This document shows positions 38,745 to 61,706 of a stretch of DNA of 64,000 nucleotides, one piece after another. Source of the stretch: Haliotis rufescens (Eukaryota); NCBI RefSeq assembly GCF_023055435.1, contig NW_025963779.1:16368001-16432000 (forward strand), written 5' to 3'. The position numbers were made by a program, and so were the translations under genes. Position 1 is the stretch's first letter; the number at the start of each line of letters is the position of its first letter. Below the pieces are notes generated by a model, which was given only the letters and a program-made list of their open reading frames with translations, was not told the origin of the DNA and made no database searches.

Positions 38745-41700
38745 ATGCAATCCTTGGTGATAAAGATGATTTATGAGCGGCAGGGCAACGCGACTCCTGA
38801 GATCCGACGTTTCCCTGTCCCCGATAACGCCGCCCTCAGTTACACCTTCATCAACGAGAAGGTGATGCAAGTGTTTCCACACCTTGATGCGGACACATTC
38901 ACACTGGGCTGGACAGGTATACCTTTTCCTCTTTATTACATAAATATACAACGTGGTCGTTGGACTAAGTTCGAAAAATAACGACTACTTTAAGGATTAA
39001 TTCGTAAAATATATACCTTTTTAACGTATGTCCAATTGGTCATTGGTTGGATGTATTTCGTCGTGTCATTACTGACATATGTTAATATATATTGGAGTAT
39101 TTTCTACTTAATGTTTAAATAAAACGCTTTGTAATCATCGCCATGAAAAACATGCAAATATTGTTTTCTTATATGTCCAATTTAGTTTTGTTATTGTGTG
39201 ATGATTTTAAGAGACAGTAGAACATTCTTAAAAACATACTGGTCGTATTTTCTTAACAGATGAAGATGGAGATTCAATAACTTTCTCCTCAGAGGAAGAG
39301 CTCAAAGAAGCTCTTAGCAGTGCCAATGATTCCGTTATGAAAATCGTCGTCAGAGGTGAGATGATTTCCTATTAACATAAAGAGCACAAAATCGATTTAT
39401 ATATTGCCTAGTGTGTTCAATTAATAGCTTCTAAGGAATCTTCGTTTTACTGTTTAATGTAAACTGTTCTTTAAAAAAAACTTGATATGTTCAAGTAACA
39501 ATGAAATGATGTCGGTGTGCGACTTCGTCTCTGAGCCTTCACGTTGAATAAGATAAATGCATAGATTATGTGAGCGGCAAAACGAACTAGCCCGTCTGCG
39601 CAGGGCCACATACCGAGAGTGTACACAGTGTGACCTGAATAGTGTCCCTGTATTGAGACTTGTTTCTGTGCCTGACAGAGCACGACGTGACAAATAGAGC
39701 TGAAGGAGTTACCTCCCTTGACGCTAATACTTGGCGCAGATCTCGTGTGTTTGGGAAAGGAGCAGATGCTGGAGGATACAGAATGATGGAGACGGTAAGT
39801 TCAGATATTTCTTTTGTAGTTAATAACCATATACTATTTTAGAAAAATGTTTTCTTGGCTTAATAAGCTCAACTATAAATCCTTTGCCATAAACAGGTCT
39901 GAACATAAATTTTATAGATCTTTCTCGTTCTGTTCATATACTTCGTATAATGTCAGTACTAAATTAACCCTAAATGTCATATAGAGTTTTTATTCAAAAT
40001 TAATCCATGACGTCGTTCTTCTTGTAGAAGGACGTTCAACCCCGTCACTCCAGACGTCTGATGAGAATGGCCAGGAAGATTCCACAACAGGGACGGGAAG
40101 ATGCTGGCCAAGTCGATGCCAATCCAACCCTTGTTGATGGACAAGTCACGAGAAACTACAGCAGTAAGTCATCTCCCAAGTTATGAATATTATTATAAAA
40201 TTAGTTGTTTGATAGGCAATTATTGTAAAATGAATTGTTTCATAGGCAATTATTGTAAAATAATATTGTTTGATAGGCAATTATTGTAAAATGAACTGTT
40301 TGATAGGCTATTATTGTAAAATGAATTGTTTGACAGGCAATTATTGTAAAATAATATTGTATGATAGGCAATTATTGTAAAATGAATTGTTTGACAGGCA
40401 ATTATTGTAAAATGAATTGTTTGATAGGCAATTATTGTAAAATGAATTGTTTGATAGCCAATTATTGTAAAATGAATTGTTTGATAGGCAATTATTGTAA
40501 AATAATATTGTATAATAGGCAATTATTGTAAAATTAATTGTTTGACAGGCAATTATTGTAAAATGAATTGTTTGATAGGCAATTATTGTCAAATGAATTG
40601 TTTGATAGGCAATTATTGTAAAATGAATTGTTTGATAGGCAATTATTGAAAAATAAATTCTTTGATAGACAATTTTTGTAAAATGAATTGTTAGATAGGC
40701 AATTATTATAAAAATGAATTGTTTGATAGGCAATTATTGTAAAATGAATTATGAGATAGGCAATTATTGTAAAATGACGAAAGAAGTTGTAAACGCGTTC
40801 TGTTGTCGGTGTCATTGATATCAATTTAGGATTGGTCATGTGGCGTTTCATATTTACGTGTATTTTCAAAATAGAAATGTATGATGGCTGAACTACGTCA
40901 TTTTCGATGGCATTTAATATTACTGATGATAAAACAGTGGTCAACTTACCAGGCAGAAAAACATGATGTCTGACGTCTGAAATTAGATAATACATGTTTT
41001 CCAGATTGTCCTGTTAAAGTAAGCTGCCATCTTGTTCCCCTGACTTCAGATGTACAGTCAGTCACATGTTATTTATTTCAGATGCAGGCGGATCCAGACG
41101 AGAGTTCTGTAGAAATGGTCGCCGATGGCAGTTGCAAGCATCCTGTGGGCACAATGGTGCTGGAGCTGGCCCTGTGACTGGCTGGCGTCATCGTCGACGT
41201 CAGCACATGTCAAACCCTACAGCCGATGAAGATACAGCTACGGAGCAGGGGACCCCAACGAGAGTCTGTGGGAGGCGACGCCAGAGAGAACTGGGCGGGC
41301 TCTGTCAGCGTGATGGGGCTGAAAGCGATGGTACATCTCCAAGGCCACGTTGGTGGAGGCGGGTGATGCAAGAAGAACGTCCCTGCCCGCAGAAGGAGAA
41401 TGTCATTGATGGTACGTCTCCTTCGAATTCCTGTGGGCAACGTTGGAGAAGGCGGGTGATACAAAAAGATGGTCGCCTCCAGCGTGACGAGACTACCGGG
41501 AAATGTGGAAGACCTTGGAGAAGGCGGATGATGACAGGACTCGAGTATCAGCGTGGTGATTCAACAGGAGACGATCTCTGTTTGAACCCACATTGGAGAT
41601 CAATGCAAGCAGGCCGGGCTTCAAGATACGCCATGGGTACTGAAGGTGTCACTATGCCTCTCTGGTATTATGGATGTCATGGAGCCAGGAAATCCTTCCC

Positions 41701-43009
41701 TGTTGGCTGCAGAGGATTTCAAGAATCCTGTAGTGATCGCGCTGGTCAAGACGGACCAGGTAGACGCACCATGGGCCACCATGAGGTCAGTGGGAAAAGG
41801 TGGCGTCGTACAAATGAGCCTCGTTTTGGAAGATGGTCCAGGCGAGATAGTAAGACTGAAGATGAACATTACATCAATAGCCACTGCACTGATAGCAGCT
41901 TTGCCAGCTGTCAGCGTCGTCGTGTTCGTTGCACGGGTGTCTCGGGAAACACGCCTGGATGTAAGTGTTCGAATGAGGAAAGCTGTCTGAACAAACGAGA
42001 CGTAAAGAATCTCCATAGATTTGAGAGTTGTCCTAAACGTCGCGTGAGATTAAGCGATGATGTGTCAGAGTCACACGATAAGAACACCAATGGCAGAGTG
42101 GAAACAACCCGTGGAAACAAATGGCAGAGAGCATTCGGACCTCACATCAGACGATGCATCCGTCGCCAGGGGAGGACGATGGAGGGAAGAGCCAACAGGG
42201 AAATCTCAGAAGATGTGATGCGTGGTCAAATGAATGACGTGATGCCAACATGCAATGAAGCGGGCTGTGACATGCAGAGAGGCAAAATGTGCAGGAGCCA
42301 CAGAAGAGGACCAACGTTCAGAACTCGTCGTCTTCGTATTGTAAGACGCATGCGTCGCTTGCGATACCTTCAAGGCCTTAAGGGATTTTATAAACACCCA
42401 TATCCAAGAATGCACGGACACAGAAGAAGACCGGTCTTGAAGACCTGCCGTCGTGGTCTTTGTCTTCATCTGAGTGGAACTGGAGCTAAAGTTGGAAGAG
42501 TATATGGATTTGGAGGTAAACGAGGTGGCTGCCACATTGGAATAGGCCAGCATCTGGCAGAGACAATCAACCGTCAAGTTACTTCATGTTATGCGTCAAA
42601 CTCTCACAAATTTAAAATGGGTGACAATGGAACAAACTGCAGAAATCATGAGAGGAAGAGTATTCATCACGTCATGGGCAGATCCTGGGGTCGTCAAAAG
42701 GCTTATCCTGGAGGGTCTGGAAAGGATGAAGGGGGATTGGCCTGTCAGATGAAGCACGCCTGTGACGGCCCTGAAGATGTTGGGACACAAACCCCTTTTA
42801 AGCTCACTTTCCATGAAATGAAGAGACTGTGCCTGATGAGAAGAATCCTTCAAAAGGAAAGAAAAAGGCAGTTCCGTATAAGACAGCTATTTGCCAGCCG
42901 CTGTGGACAAGGACAGTTGTCAAAGAGACCTGTGATGAAGGCGTGGGGAGGCAAGGCAAGCACCTGTACCCACGGTGGCGATAGGGTGTTGAGAATGGCC
43001 TATTTGTAA
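38745..43009 (+). CDS. PB1-domain protein B (SQSTM1/p62-derived) with long Arg/Gly/Cys-rich tail, 5 exons, 815 aa
   Basis: Exons 38745-38916, 39260-39355, 39679-39794, 40028-40163 and 41082-43009 are all GT-AG and form an open 2448-nt frame. PB1 reads MQSLVIKMIY..PEIRRF..WTDEDGDSITFSSEEELKEALSSANDSVMKIVVR. Exon 1/2 sizes (172, 96) and intron phases (1,1,0,1) equal those of gene A. The last exon is the 647-aa ORF of the track. Confidence 0.85.
40190..40776. repeat. 30/31-bp AT-rich minisatellite, about 19 units, in intron 4 of PB1 gene B
   Basis: GGCAATTATTGTAAAATGAATTGTTTGATA repeated head to tail. Confidence 0.96.
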
Positions 43010-45278
43010 GACACTAAAAAGCTTGCTACTATCCGTTGCAGAATGTAGTTACATACTGATGAAATCCTTGTCGATGACAGATGATTTTAGATGCTGAGGA
43101 ATCTATGGGAAGTATATGTTGTCCATTATATACGGTTTTGGTTACATTAAATACATAATTTATGTTGTCCATTATTTACGGGTTCGGTTACTATTTTATA
43201 TGTTGTCCATTACATACGGTTTTGGTTACATTAAATATATAATTTATGTTGTCCATTATATACGGGGTTGGCTAAGTTGTTTTCTTTCTGTACAGTGTGT
43301 GTGAAAAATGTGAACTTGGTGCTATCATGTAATATACAAATGATCATTTTGAATAAGAGTTATTTCGTCCCATTTGTTTCCGCTAGTTTTACATATTAAT
43401 GAAATTATCTAACGTCTTGTCATTTTGTGTTTCATATAAGTTAGTGATTATGATAATACAGATGCATATGGGTCAAGATATTATGTTTTTGACAGGTTTT
43501 TTATCATCTGTGTTCAGAATTAATACATACAGGTTAGGTTGGTTGAAACATAATTTTTGTAATAGGAACGTATTTGTGTTCATGTTATTAAAATGTTGGA
43601 CGTTTCATATAGTATAATTTTACTTATTTCTGAGCTGAGCATATTTCTGGAGTCTCAGCTGCACTCAGCAATGATGGCCTATATATACTACTCAAAATAT
43701 GTTAAAGAATATCCGATGTTTTCATATGACTATAGTTAGTCTGTCATGGCTGGCGGGTACTCCAACACACAGCCTTCCATTTGTGGGTGTTCTTTAACTT
43801 AGTTTGAGTCGTTTAAATGAAGCACTAATGAAATAGGGGAGCCAAGGTTCATTTTGATATTCGGCAAAAGTGTCAACAAAGACATTTTACTTAGTTGTAC
43901 GCGTTGTTGCTTTCGTCACAGTCAAACTAGTGGTTGAAAGCATGAGCCAAGAGCCACGCCGTAAGGCCATGGTGGCACACCACCGGCCAGATGAAACATT
44001 TTGCAATCACCTGATCCTCATTTTCGACTATTGTGATTAGCATGGTGAGCTGAGGATCTATTCTGACCCATAATCCAAGTAAGGGACCTGCCGCATTGAC
44101 ACACATGAACGAGTTTTACAAATGCATGCGATCAACTATACAGTTATATCACTACAGCCTTTACATACATGAGTCTAGAGTTAGTGAGTGAGCTGGGGTA
44201 AACGCCATTGTGAACAATGTTTCAGGGTTTTTTAGAGTGTCGCCACTGTTGAACTAATGTTGGAAGAGGACCAATAAGATGCAGACCCTAGATGTACTTT
44301 GGGGAAACCCAAGTGTACGGGTGTGGAAAGTCTGGAATCAAACCCACGATCATCGGATCATAGCATGTTTTAGGAAAGCACAGCCCTGCTCGGTCACCAG
44401 AAGAACTGCTGAGCCAACCATCCTCTCTGTCGGATTGCAGTGGCACACAATCAGTGAGGTTACAAGTTGTAACAAAGACTTCCGGAACATAAGAATGATT
44501 ATGTCCTTGGCTTGTACAATGAAAGACGGTGGGTTAGTCTGGTGGTTCAAGCGTTCTCTCGTCACACCGAAGGCCCGGTTTCGATTCCTCACAAGGGTAC
44601 ATTGTGTGAAGCCCATTTCTGCTGACGTCCTCCACTGTGCTATTGCTGGAATAGTGTTGACAACGGCGTAAAACCACACTCACTTACACTCACTCACTCA
44701 CTTACTCACAAGATGTCGTACACAAGTCACGAAGGTAGAGATCAGGTTAAATGTAGCAGGTATTTGCGGTACGTTTGTGGGGATGTGTGCGTCGGGATGG
44801 GCGTTTGAGGGGAGCCAATGTTCATTGTACTCAGGAGATTATCTAAATAAACGTATTAATTTAAAATTAATACATACAGGTTAGGTTGGTTGAAACATTA
44901 TTATTGTAACAGCAGCGTATTTTTGTTCATGTTATTAAAATGTTGTGAAGTGTCATAACGTATAATTTTACTTATTTCTGAGCTGAACATTTTTTTTCTG
45001 GAGTCTCACCTGCACTCAGCAATGATACCTTATGTATACTACTCAAAATATGTTAAAGAATATCCGATGTTTACATATGACTATAGTTAATCTGTCATGG
45101 CTGGCGTGTACTCCAACACACAGCCTTCCATTTGTGGGTGTTCTTTAACTTAGTTTGAGTCGTATAAATGGAACGTGGACGTGGGTCGGGGTGGGTGTTC
45201 GAGGTGAGCAAAGGGGATGTACGCGTCGGGATGGGTGTTTGAGGGGAGCCAATGTTCATTGTACTCAGGAGATTACCT

Positions 45279-45441
45279 GACTGACTGAGTATGGTTTTAC
45301 GCCGATTTTAGCAATATTCCAGCAATATCACGGCGGGGGACACCAGAAATGGGCCTCACACATTGTACCCATGTCGGGAATCGAACCCGGGTCTTCGGCG
45401 TGACGAGCGAACGCTTTAACCACTAGGCTACCCGACCGCCC
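45279..45441 (-). mobile_element. tRNA-derived SINE, family 1
   Basis: TSD CAGGAGATTACCT at 45266-45278 and 45442-45454. The site is empty in the inverted duplicate near 59855. Confidence 0.9.
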
Positions 45442-46795
45442 CAGGAGATTACCTAAATAAACGTATTCGTGTATGTACATCGAGATTTACACCAACCAAT
45501 CAGTATCATGAAATTACTTTAATCAACATGCACATGACAAAGTATACAAGCAGGTACATATAAGCATCTAGCTACATCGCATTCTGTGGTAAAATCAGAA
45601 CTTCACATATTAAAAATACAGCATAAACACTACATTATTATGAACTTTTCTATTGATGAAGAAATAACAACGTCAAAAGCGTTATCAAAAATGATTTTGA
45701 AACCAATTATATGCCTCTAGTTAATCACACGCGTTAAAAGCGTTATCGAAAAAGATGTTTCAATGATTTTGAAAACAATTATATGCCTCAAAAAGTCCTA
45801 AGTCACTTATTAGGAACAAAAGTAGAACACTTGTTTTTTAATGTGACAACAACAATAAATCATCAAACAAAAATATCTACTACGCATGTTCAGATTCAAA
45901 ACCTATTATACCTCATTTATTTCAGATTCTAGAGCAGAATCGATGCTCATGATGTTAATCATTGGATTGTTTGTTTGTTTGTTACGACAAGCATTGTCTC
46001 TTTTTACGGCAAGCATGGGCTGTTGAAAAACTAACCCATTCTAACCCGAATCTTCAGGGTAAATATATTGCCGAGTGCTGCGTTAAACAACAAACAAACA
46101 AACAAAAGGAGAAACATTATTGCATGCGTTTTCATAATCATTTGGCAATAGCGCTACACCTTATCACAAAATGTATCGTCGATATGAGCAGTGTTTCGGT
46201 TACAATAACGACCTTGCGTGTCAGCTTGATGTGGGAGGAAAACCCGAAGTGATGCAGGTTTTGGACGTTTACCACTTTGGAGGGACCGAGGATCACGGGT
46301 GTGGTGCTGACAAACCTAGAAACAGAATCAGGGTCAACCTAAGAATCAAACCCATGATCACAGATTTCAGGCACGGCATAGATGACGAGACCACCCATGC
46401 CTCCTGTCACAAAATTTACATATAGTATTAGGTCAGTAATACTATTTGTCAGGGCAGATGATTTTTAATTCAATTCAATTATGGGTATTGAATTCAAGGC
46501 CAATGGCCAACATACAGTTTTAACACACAAAAACTGAAAAGGCAAAGGAAGTACAGCTGTAAATTGGCAATTTGTCTCTTTTTTTATAAAAATAATAATA
46601 CTTTTTACAGAATTTCATTAATTTCATACAACAGTTGTTCGCTTTTCACACATCAGATTCGAAAATGATTCGAAAGTACCGTTATCCAATATTTCTTTTG
46701 GGTTTCTTTCATAGCTCTTTATACAATGGACAAATGTTCATGAAACCTGATCTATTAGGTTCGGGCCAGAAGTACATGTTTTCCTTGCTGTACCG

Positions 46796-56151
<9,356 letters not shown>

Positions 56152-57289
56152 GATGCACTGTTTTAACTCGGAGTGTGCAAGTCACTCTCTCATTCATCGG
56201 CGCCTCAAGCTAAGGGAGAAAAGTGGTCAGGCTGGTTACCTGGGTATGCTGCGCTGGCGCAACACTGACAACCAAGCTCCTCACAGCGATTGTCCGTTCG
56301 CAGAGCTCGCTATACTATCGCGATGTTACCGAGAGTGTAACGAAGATGTCACGCGCTGGGAAGGAGTTTGCACTGATCCCATTCGTGACCAACACGCGTT
56401 ATTCCGGAACAAGCGAATAGCGAGGTTACGGAAAGAGGCGAGTTGTGACGAATGCACTGACCCATGGAATGACTGCACAATGGCCTCCTCCATTGGACAA
56501 AAAAACATGGCGGACACGACATGTATTTACTATATTTCGAAAGTGGTCGTCACATCTGTGAAATCAAAAGAATGACACACACCCCATTTTCAACAGTGAT
56601 ATGGGGATTAATATTTCTTGTCAGCTCACTGTTGTCACGAAATCGTACACAAAATATATGGAATTAAACGACCACGTCAATGAAATACCGTTAGCATCTT
56701 TATTTTAGCAAATGTGATAAAGCAAATGTCGCCGATTATGCCCCGTTTTTCTCCCATTGAAAAATGATGGATTTAGAGGAATTATTGTACGTCCAGTATA
56801 AATTACTATAAAATACAAACACTTATTTAATGATAGGGTCTGTCATTGGTTCTGATATTTGGCCTTGGATTTTATTCATATGAAAAGCTTTTTATTTCGC
56901 ATTTGTTTTCTTATTACACAATGAAATTAATCTTAAATAGATCTAATTATTTTGGAAAAAATAATTGATTACTTCCAGTCTAGTGATTTATTAACTCTGT
57001 GTGTGCTTGCAAAAATGTCGGGTCTAAATAGCAAAATGATAAAGAATATATTCATGATTTTTAATTAATTTGGTACAGTGGCATACACATTCATGTGTAT
57101 TTTATATGATGCTGCTACGGGTAAAACATTCCGATTTAAGTATATCAAAACTGTTTCAACCCAATTTTACCCTGCGATCCTTTGCTCTAACTACCTTAAG
57201 GGCTCACACAACGTTTTGTTCTCCTTTCCTGCACGATCGGCTCTGCCACATGCCCCTGGAGATGAACGAAAGTCAATCTTTCGTGAAGA

Positions 57290-57454
57290 GGGGCGGTTGG
57301 GTAGCCTAGTGGTTAAAGCGTTCGCTCGTCACGCCGAAGACCCGGGTTCGATTCCCGACATGGGTACAATGTGTGAAGCCCATTTCTGGTGTCCCCCGCC
57401 GTGATATTGCTGGAATATTGCTAAAAGCGGCGTAAAACAATACTCACTCACTCA
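57290..57454 (+). mobile_element. tRNA-derived SINE, family 1
   Basis: TSD CTTTCGTGAAGA at 57278-57289 and 57455-57466. Confidence 0.9.
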
Positions 57455-57471
57455 CTTTCGTGAAGAACGTA

Positions 57472-58560
57472 ATGGCGGAGATTCAAAATGTGACCCGCCC
57501 AGAAAACACAAGTCGTCTCCCTTAGCACGATGTGATCTAGTGATGGACACTCAAGAGTGAGTGAGTGAGTATGGTTTTACGCCGCTTTTAGCAATATTCC
57601 AGCAATATCACGGCGGGGGACACCAGAAATGGGCTTCACACATTGTACCCATGTCGGGAATCGAACCCAGGTCTTCGGCGTGACGACCAAACGCTTTAAC
57701 TACTAGGCTACCCGACCGCCCCTGGACACTCAAGAAAGAGACCTCTCACAGAACAAGTTCTCAATGATTCACATAAAAAGGTGAAAGAGATGACGAACTT
57801 CTCGATTTTATGCCTCGTATGTTTGACACTGTGAAATCCGAGATCTCGAATTTGAATCAGTCTTTCGTCCATCGGATGGACAGCTTAGAAAGGCGATTAG
57901 AAATACTGTCAGAGAAGATTGCTTCCTTAATCAGTAGCACGGTTAAGGTTGAAATGGACAATATTAGATCAGAATTTAAATCAAACTTAATACAGTTTGA
58001 AGACAGATTGGCAAAAATTGAAACAAGCTACGTTAGTGTTGTAGTGGTACCTTTTAGATCACGAAAATAGTAATTTTCGTAAAAATACAACAAAATACAG
58101 CTATGTACTAGTATATGTGAAACTTTCTTGCGTGGAAATAATGTACTTCATTTAGATAACTAGTGGGTTGGTAACATCAGAAAAAGTATTAACAAATTAG
58201 CTAAGCGCGGCTCTGGCGGGGTTGGCGTGTTTTTGCATGATCGATTGCTCAATATGTACAATGTGTCAATCATAGATGAAATGTATGACGATACGTTGTG
58301 TTTGAAACTGACATGCAAATCAGAGAGCACATTAGCCGCATGCAGCACGCTCTGTTTGTGTGTAACTTACCTGTCTCCAGAGAAATCGAAAAGGTCACAT
58401 GACCAAGAAGCTTATTTCACTCGTCTTTTATCATAGGTCTATGAATATCAAAATTCCACACAGCTGCTTTTAGACACCATAGAAAAAAACAGAGTGAAAT
58501 CTGTTTGATGAAAGGGATGCTAATGGTGCTTATCAGTCGTTTCTTGACCAAATAAAGTTA
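57472..58560 (+). mobile_element. Internally deleted LINE 5' relic (ORF1-like coiled coil plus APE endonuclease start)
   Basis: A coiled-coil-like stretch MFDTVKSEI..DRLAKIE is followed by ICETFLRGNN..RGSGGVGVF..LCVTYLSPE, typical of a non-LTR endonuclease N-terminus. Interrupted by a SINE. Confidence 0.65.
57557..57722 (-). mobile_element. tRNA-derived SINE, family 1
   Basis: TSD TGGACACTCAAGA at 57544-57556 and 57723-57735. The site is empty in the inverted copy near 63980. Confidence 0.92.
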
Positions 58561-58561
58561 A

Positions 58562-58845
58562 ATTTGAATAATATTGTTTGAAAGAAATATACTTTTCAAA
58601 GCGGAGTTATAATTATCAAGGTCTGCAAGCTCCTTATGATTATTACGAAGTCGGATGAAATAAATATGTATATAATATGTACATAAATAAATAAATATGT
58701 GTACATATATATAGTTGAAATGAATTAAATAATAATATTTAACGGATGTCAGAAACCGTTTAAAATAAATAACGCGTACTTTTCAAAGCTTTCTTATAAT
58801 TATCAAGGTCTGAAAGCTCCTTAAGATTATCACGAAGTCAGATGA

Positions 58846-58926
<81 letters not shown>

Positions 58927-59421
58927 GGTGAGATATATATCAGTTTAAACGAATGAAATATTTAGTATTTAACGGATGTCAGAAACTTTTTAAAATACAT
59001 AACGTGGAGTTCGGTGCCTGTTTGTTTAATACCATAGTCAGCAATAGTCCAGCTATATGACGGCGGTCTTTCAGTAATCGGGCCTGGGCTAGACAATCTA
59101 GTGATTGACATCATGAGCATCGCATTTGGGTTGCGATGACATGCATCAGGGAGCCTGACCGATTGGTCCATTTAGTCACCTCTTACAAGCCAGGGCTCGA
59201 GTTAAGGAATTTTATTTCACTTGGACCAGTTGCATGTTGACACGAAAAGCAAGTTGCGCCAAACAAAACATAGTTGCACCCTGGTCCCATAAGTGTAGCA
59301 AAGTTGAACCCAGGCCGGTCTGGTGTCAGTGTCACATAAATTAATGACGTATTGCTGTAAAACGTAATCTTGAAGCACCTACAGTTAGATGTCATTGAGC
59401 ATGACAAATTAACACAGGGAT
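58562..59421 (-). repeat. Inverted duplicate of 54514-55118 (FAXC copy 4 intron 1)
   Basis: Reverse-complement match, including the (TA)n tract. ORF-track peptides 54336-54752 (+) and 59183-59407 (-) are near-identical over their shared part. Confidence 0.9.
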
Positions 59422-61123
59422 CGATGGGGTTGGTTGTCGGACTGTATCATAGTTCTGCTTGTGTTTGTTTGTTTGTTGTTTAAAGCAGCACTCAGCAATG
59501 TTGTACCCCTGAAGTCCCAGGTTAGAATAGTTTTTCAACAACCCATGCTTGCCGTAAAATGAGACAATGCTTGTAACAAAAAAACAAGTGATCTAGATCT
59601 AGATCTTTCAAAATCATTTTCGATAATGCTTTTGTCGTTGTTATTTCTTTATCAATAGAAACGTTCATAATATTGTAGTGTTTATGCTAGTTTTTTAATA
59701 TGTGAAATTCTGATTTTACCGCAGAATGCGATGTAGCCAGATGCTTATATGTACCTGCTTGTATACTTTGTCATGTGCATGTTGATTAAAGTAATTTCAT
59801 GATACTGATTGGTTGGTGTAAATCTCGATGTACATACACGAATCCGTCTATTTAGGTAATCTGCTGAGTACAATGAACATTGGCTCCCCTCAAACACCCA
59901 TCCCGACGCACACATCCCCACAAACGTACCGCAAATACCTACTGCATTTAACCTGATCTCTACCTCCGTGACTTGTGTACGACATCTTGTGAGTAAGTGA
60001 GTGAGTGAGTGTGAGTGAGTGTGGTTTTACGCCGTTGTTAACACTATTCCAGCAATAGCACGGTGGAGGACGTCAGCAGAAATGGGCTTCACACAATGTA
60101 CCCTTGTGAGGAATCGAAACCGGGCCTTCGGTGTGACGAGAGAACGCTTGAATCACCAGACTAACCCACCGTCCTTCATTGTACAAGCCAAGGACATAAT
60201 TATTCTTATGTTACCACCTCTGGGATTCCGGAAGTCTTTGTTACAACTTGTAACCTCACTGATTGTGTGTGCCACTGTAATCCGACAGAGAGGATGGTTG
60301 GCTCAGCAGTTCTTCTGGTGGCCGGGCAGGGCTGTGCTTTCCTAAAACATGCTATGATCCGATGATCGTGGGTTTGAATTCCAGACTTTCCACACCCGTA
60401 CACTTGGGTTTCCCCAAAGTACATCTAGGGTCTGAATCTCATTGGTCCTCTTCCAACATTAGGTCAACAGTGGCGACACTCTAAAAAACCCTGAAACATT
60501 GTTCACAGTGGCGTTAACCCCAGCTCACTCACTAACTCCAGACTCATGTATGTTAAGGCTGTAGTGATATAACTGTATAGTTGATCGCATGCATTTGTAA
60601 AACTCGTTCATGTGTGTCAATGCGGCAGGTCCCTTACTGGGATTATGGGTCAGAATAGATCATCAGCTCCCCATGCTAATCACAATAGTCGAAAATGAGG
60701 ATCAGGTGATTACACATCCCCTTTGCTCACCTCAAACAAACACCCTACGGCGTGGCTCTTGGCTCATGCTATCAACCACTAGTTTGACTGTGACGTAAGC
60801 AACAACGCGTACAACTAAGTAAAATTCCTTTGTTGACACTAATTTGACACTAAAAATAAAACTTGGCGCCCCCATTTCATTAAGGCTCCATTTATACGAC
60901 TCAAACTAAGTTAAAGAACACCAACATATGAAAGGCTGTGTGTTGAAGTACCCGCCAGCCATGACAGATTAACTATAGTCATATGAAAACATCGGATATT
61001 CTTTAACATATTTTGAGTAGTATACATAAGCTATCATTGCTGAGTGCAGCTGAGACTCCAGAAAAATGTTCAGCTCAGAAATAAGTAAAATTATACGTTA
61101 TGACGCTTCACTACATTTTAATA

Positions 61124-61411
61124 GTGAGTGAGTGAGTTGGGTTTAACGCCGCTTTTAACACTCAGTATTCCAGTTATATCGCGGCGTGTCAGCTTAATGT
61201 GGGAGGAAAGCCCGATGTGATGCAGGTCTCAGACGTTTATCACTTCGGTGAAACCCACGAGCACGGGTATGGTGCTGACAAACCTAGAAACAAAATCGGG
61301 GCGAACCGGGATTCGAACCCACAATCATAGGTTTCTGGCGTGTCCAAGGGACGCAACTCTGCACAGCGAATCGCGGCGCCTTAGACGACTGGGCCACCCG
61401 TGCCCCCTACA
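61124..61411 (-). mobile_element. tRNA-derived SINE, family 2
   Basis: TSD ACATTTTAATA at 61113-61123 and 61412-61422. Absent from the homologous sites near 43590 and 44935. Confidence 0.88.
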
Positions 61412-61706
61412 ACATTTTAATAACATGAACAAAAATACGCTGCTATTACAATAATAATGTTTCAACCAACCTAACCTGTATGTATTAATTTTAAACACAG
61501 ATGATTAAAAACCTGTCAAAAACATAATATCTTGACACATATGCATCTGTATTATGACAATCTCTAACTTATATGAAACACATGTAAAAAGACGTTAGAT
61601 AATTTCGTTATGTCAAACAAGCGGAAACAAATTCGACGATCCTTGAAAATAACATGATAGCACCTAGTTCACATTTTTCACACATACTGTACAGAAAGAC
61701 AATAAC

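Noticed and set aside
40250-40995. NNCLSNNSFY / TIIAYQTIHF repeat ORFs
   Set aside because: Translations of the 30-bp minisatellite, antisense within an intron.
33957-43009. Calling either PB1 gene SQSTM1 itself
   Set aside because: No ZZ, KIR or UBA is visible, and orthology cannot be established without a phylogeny.
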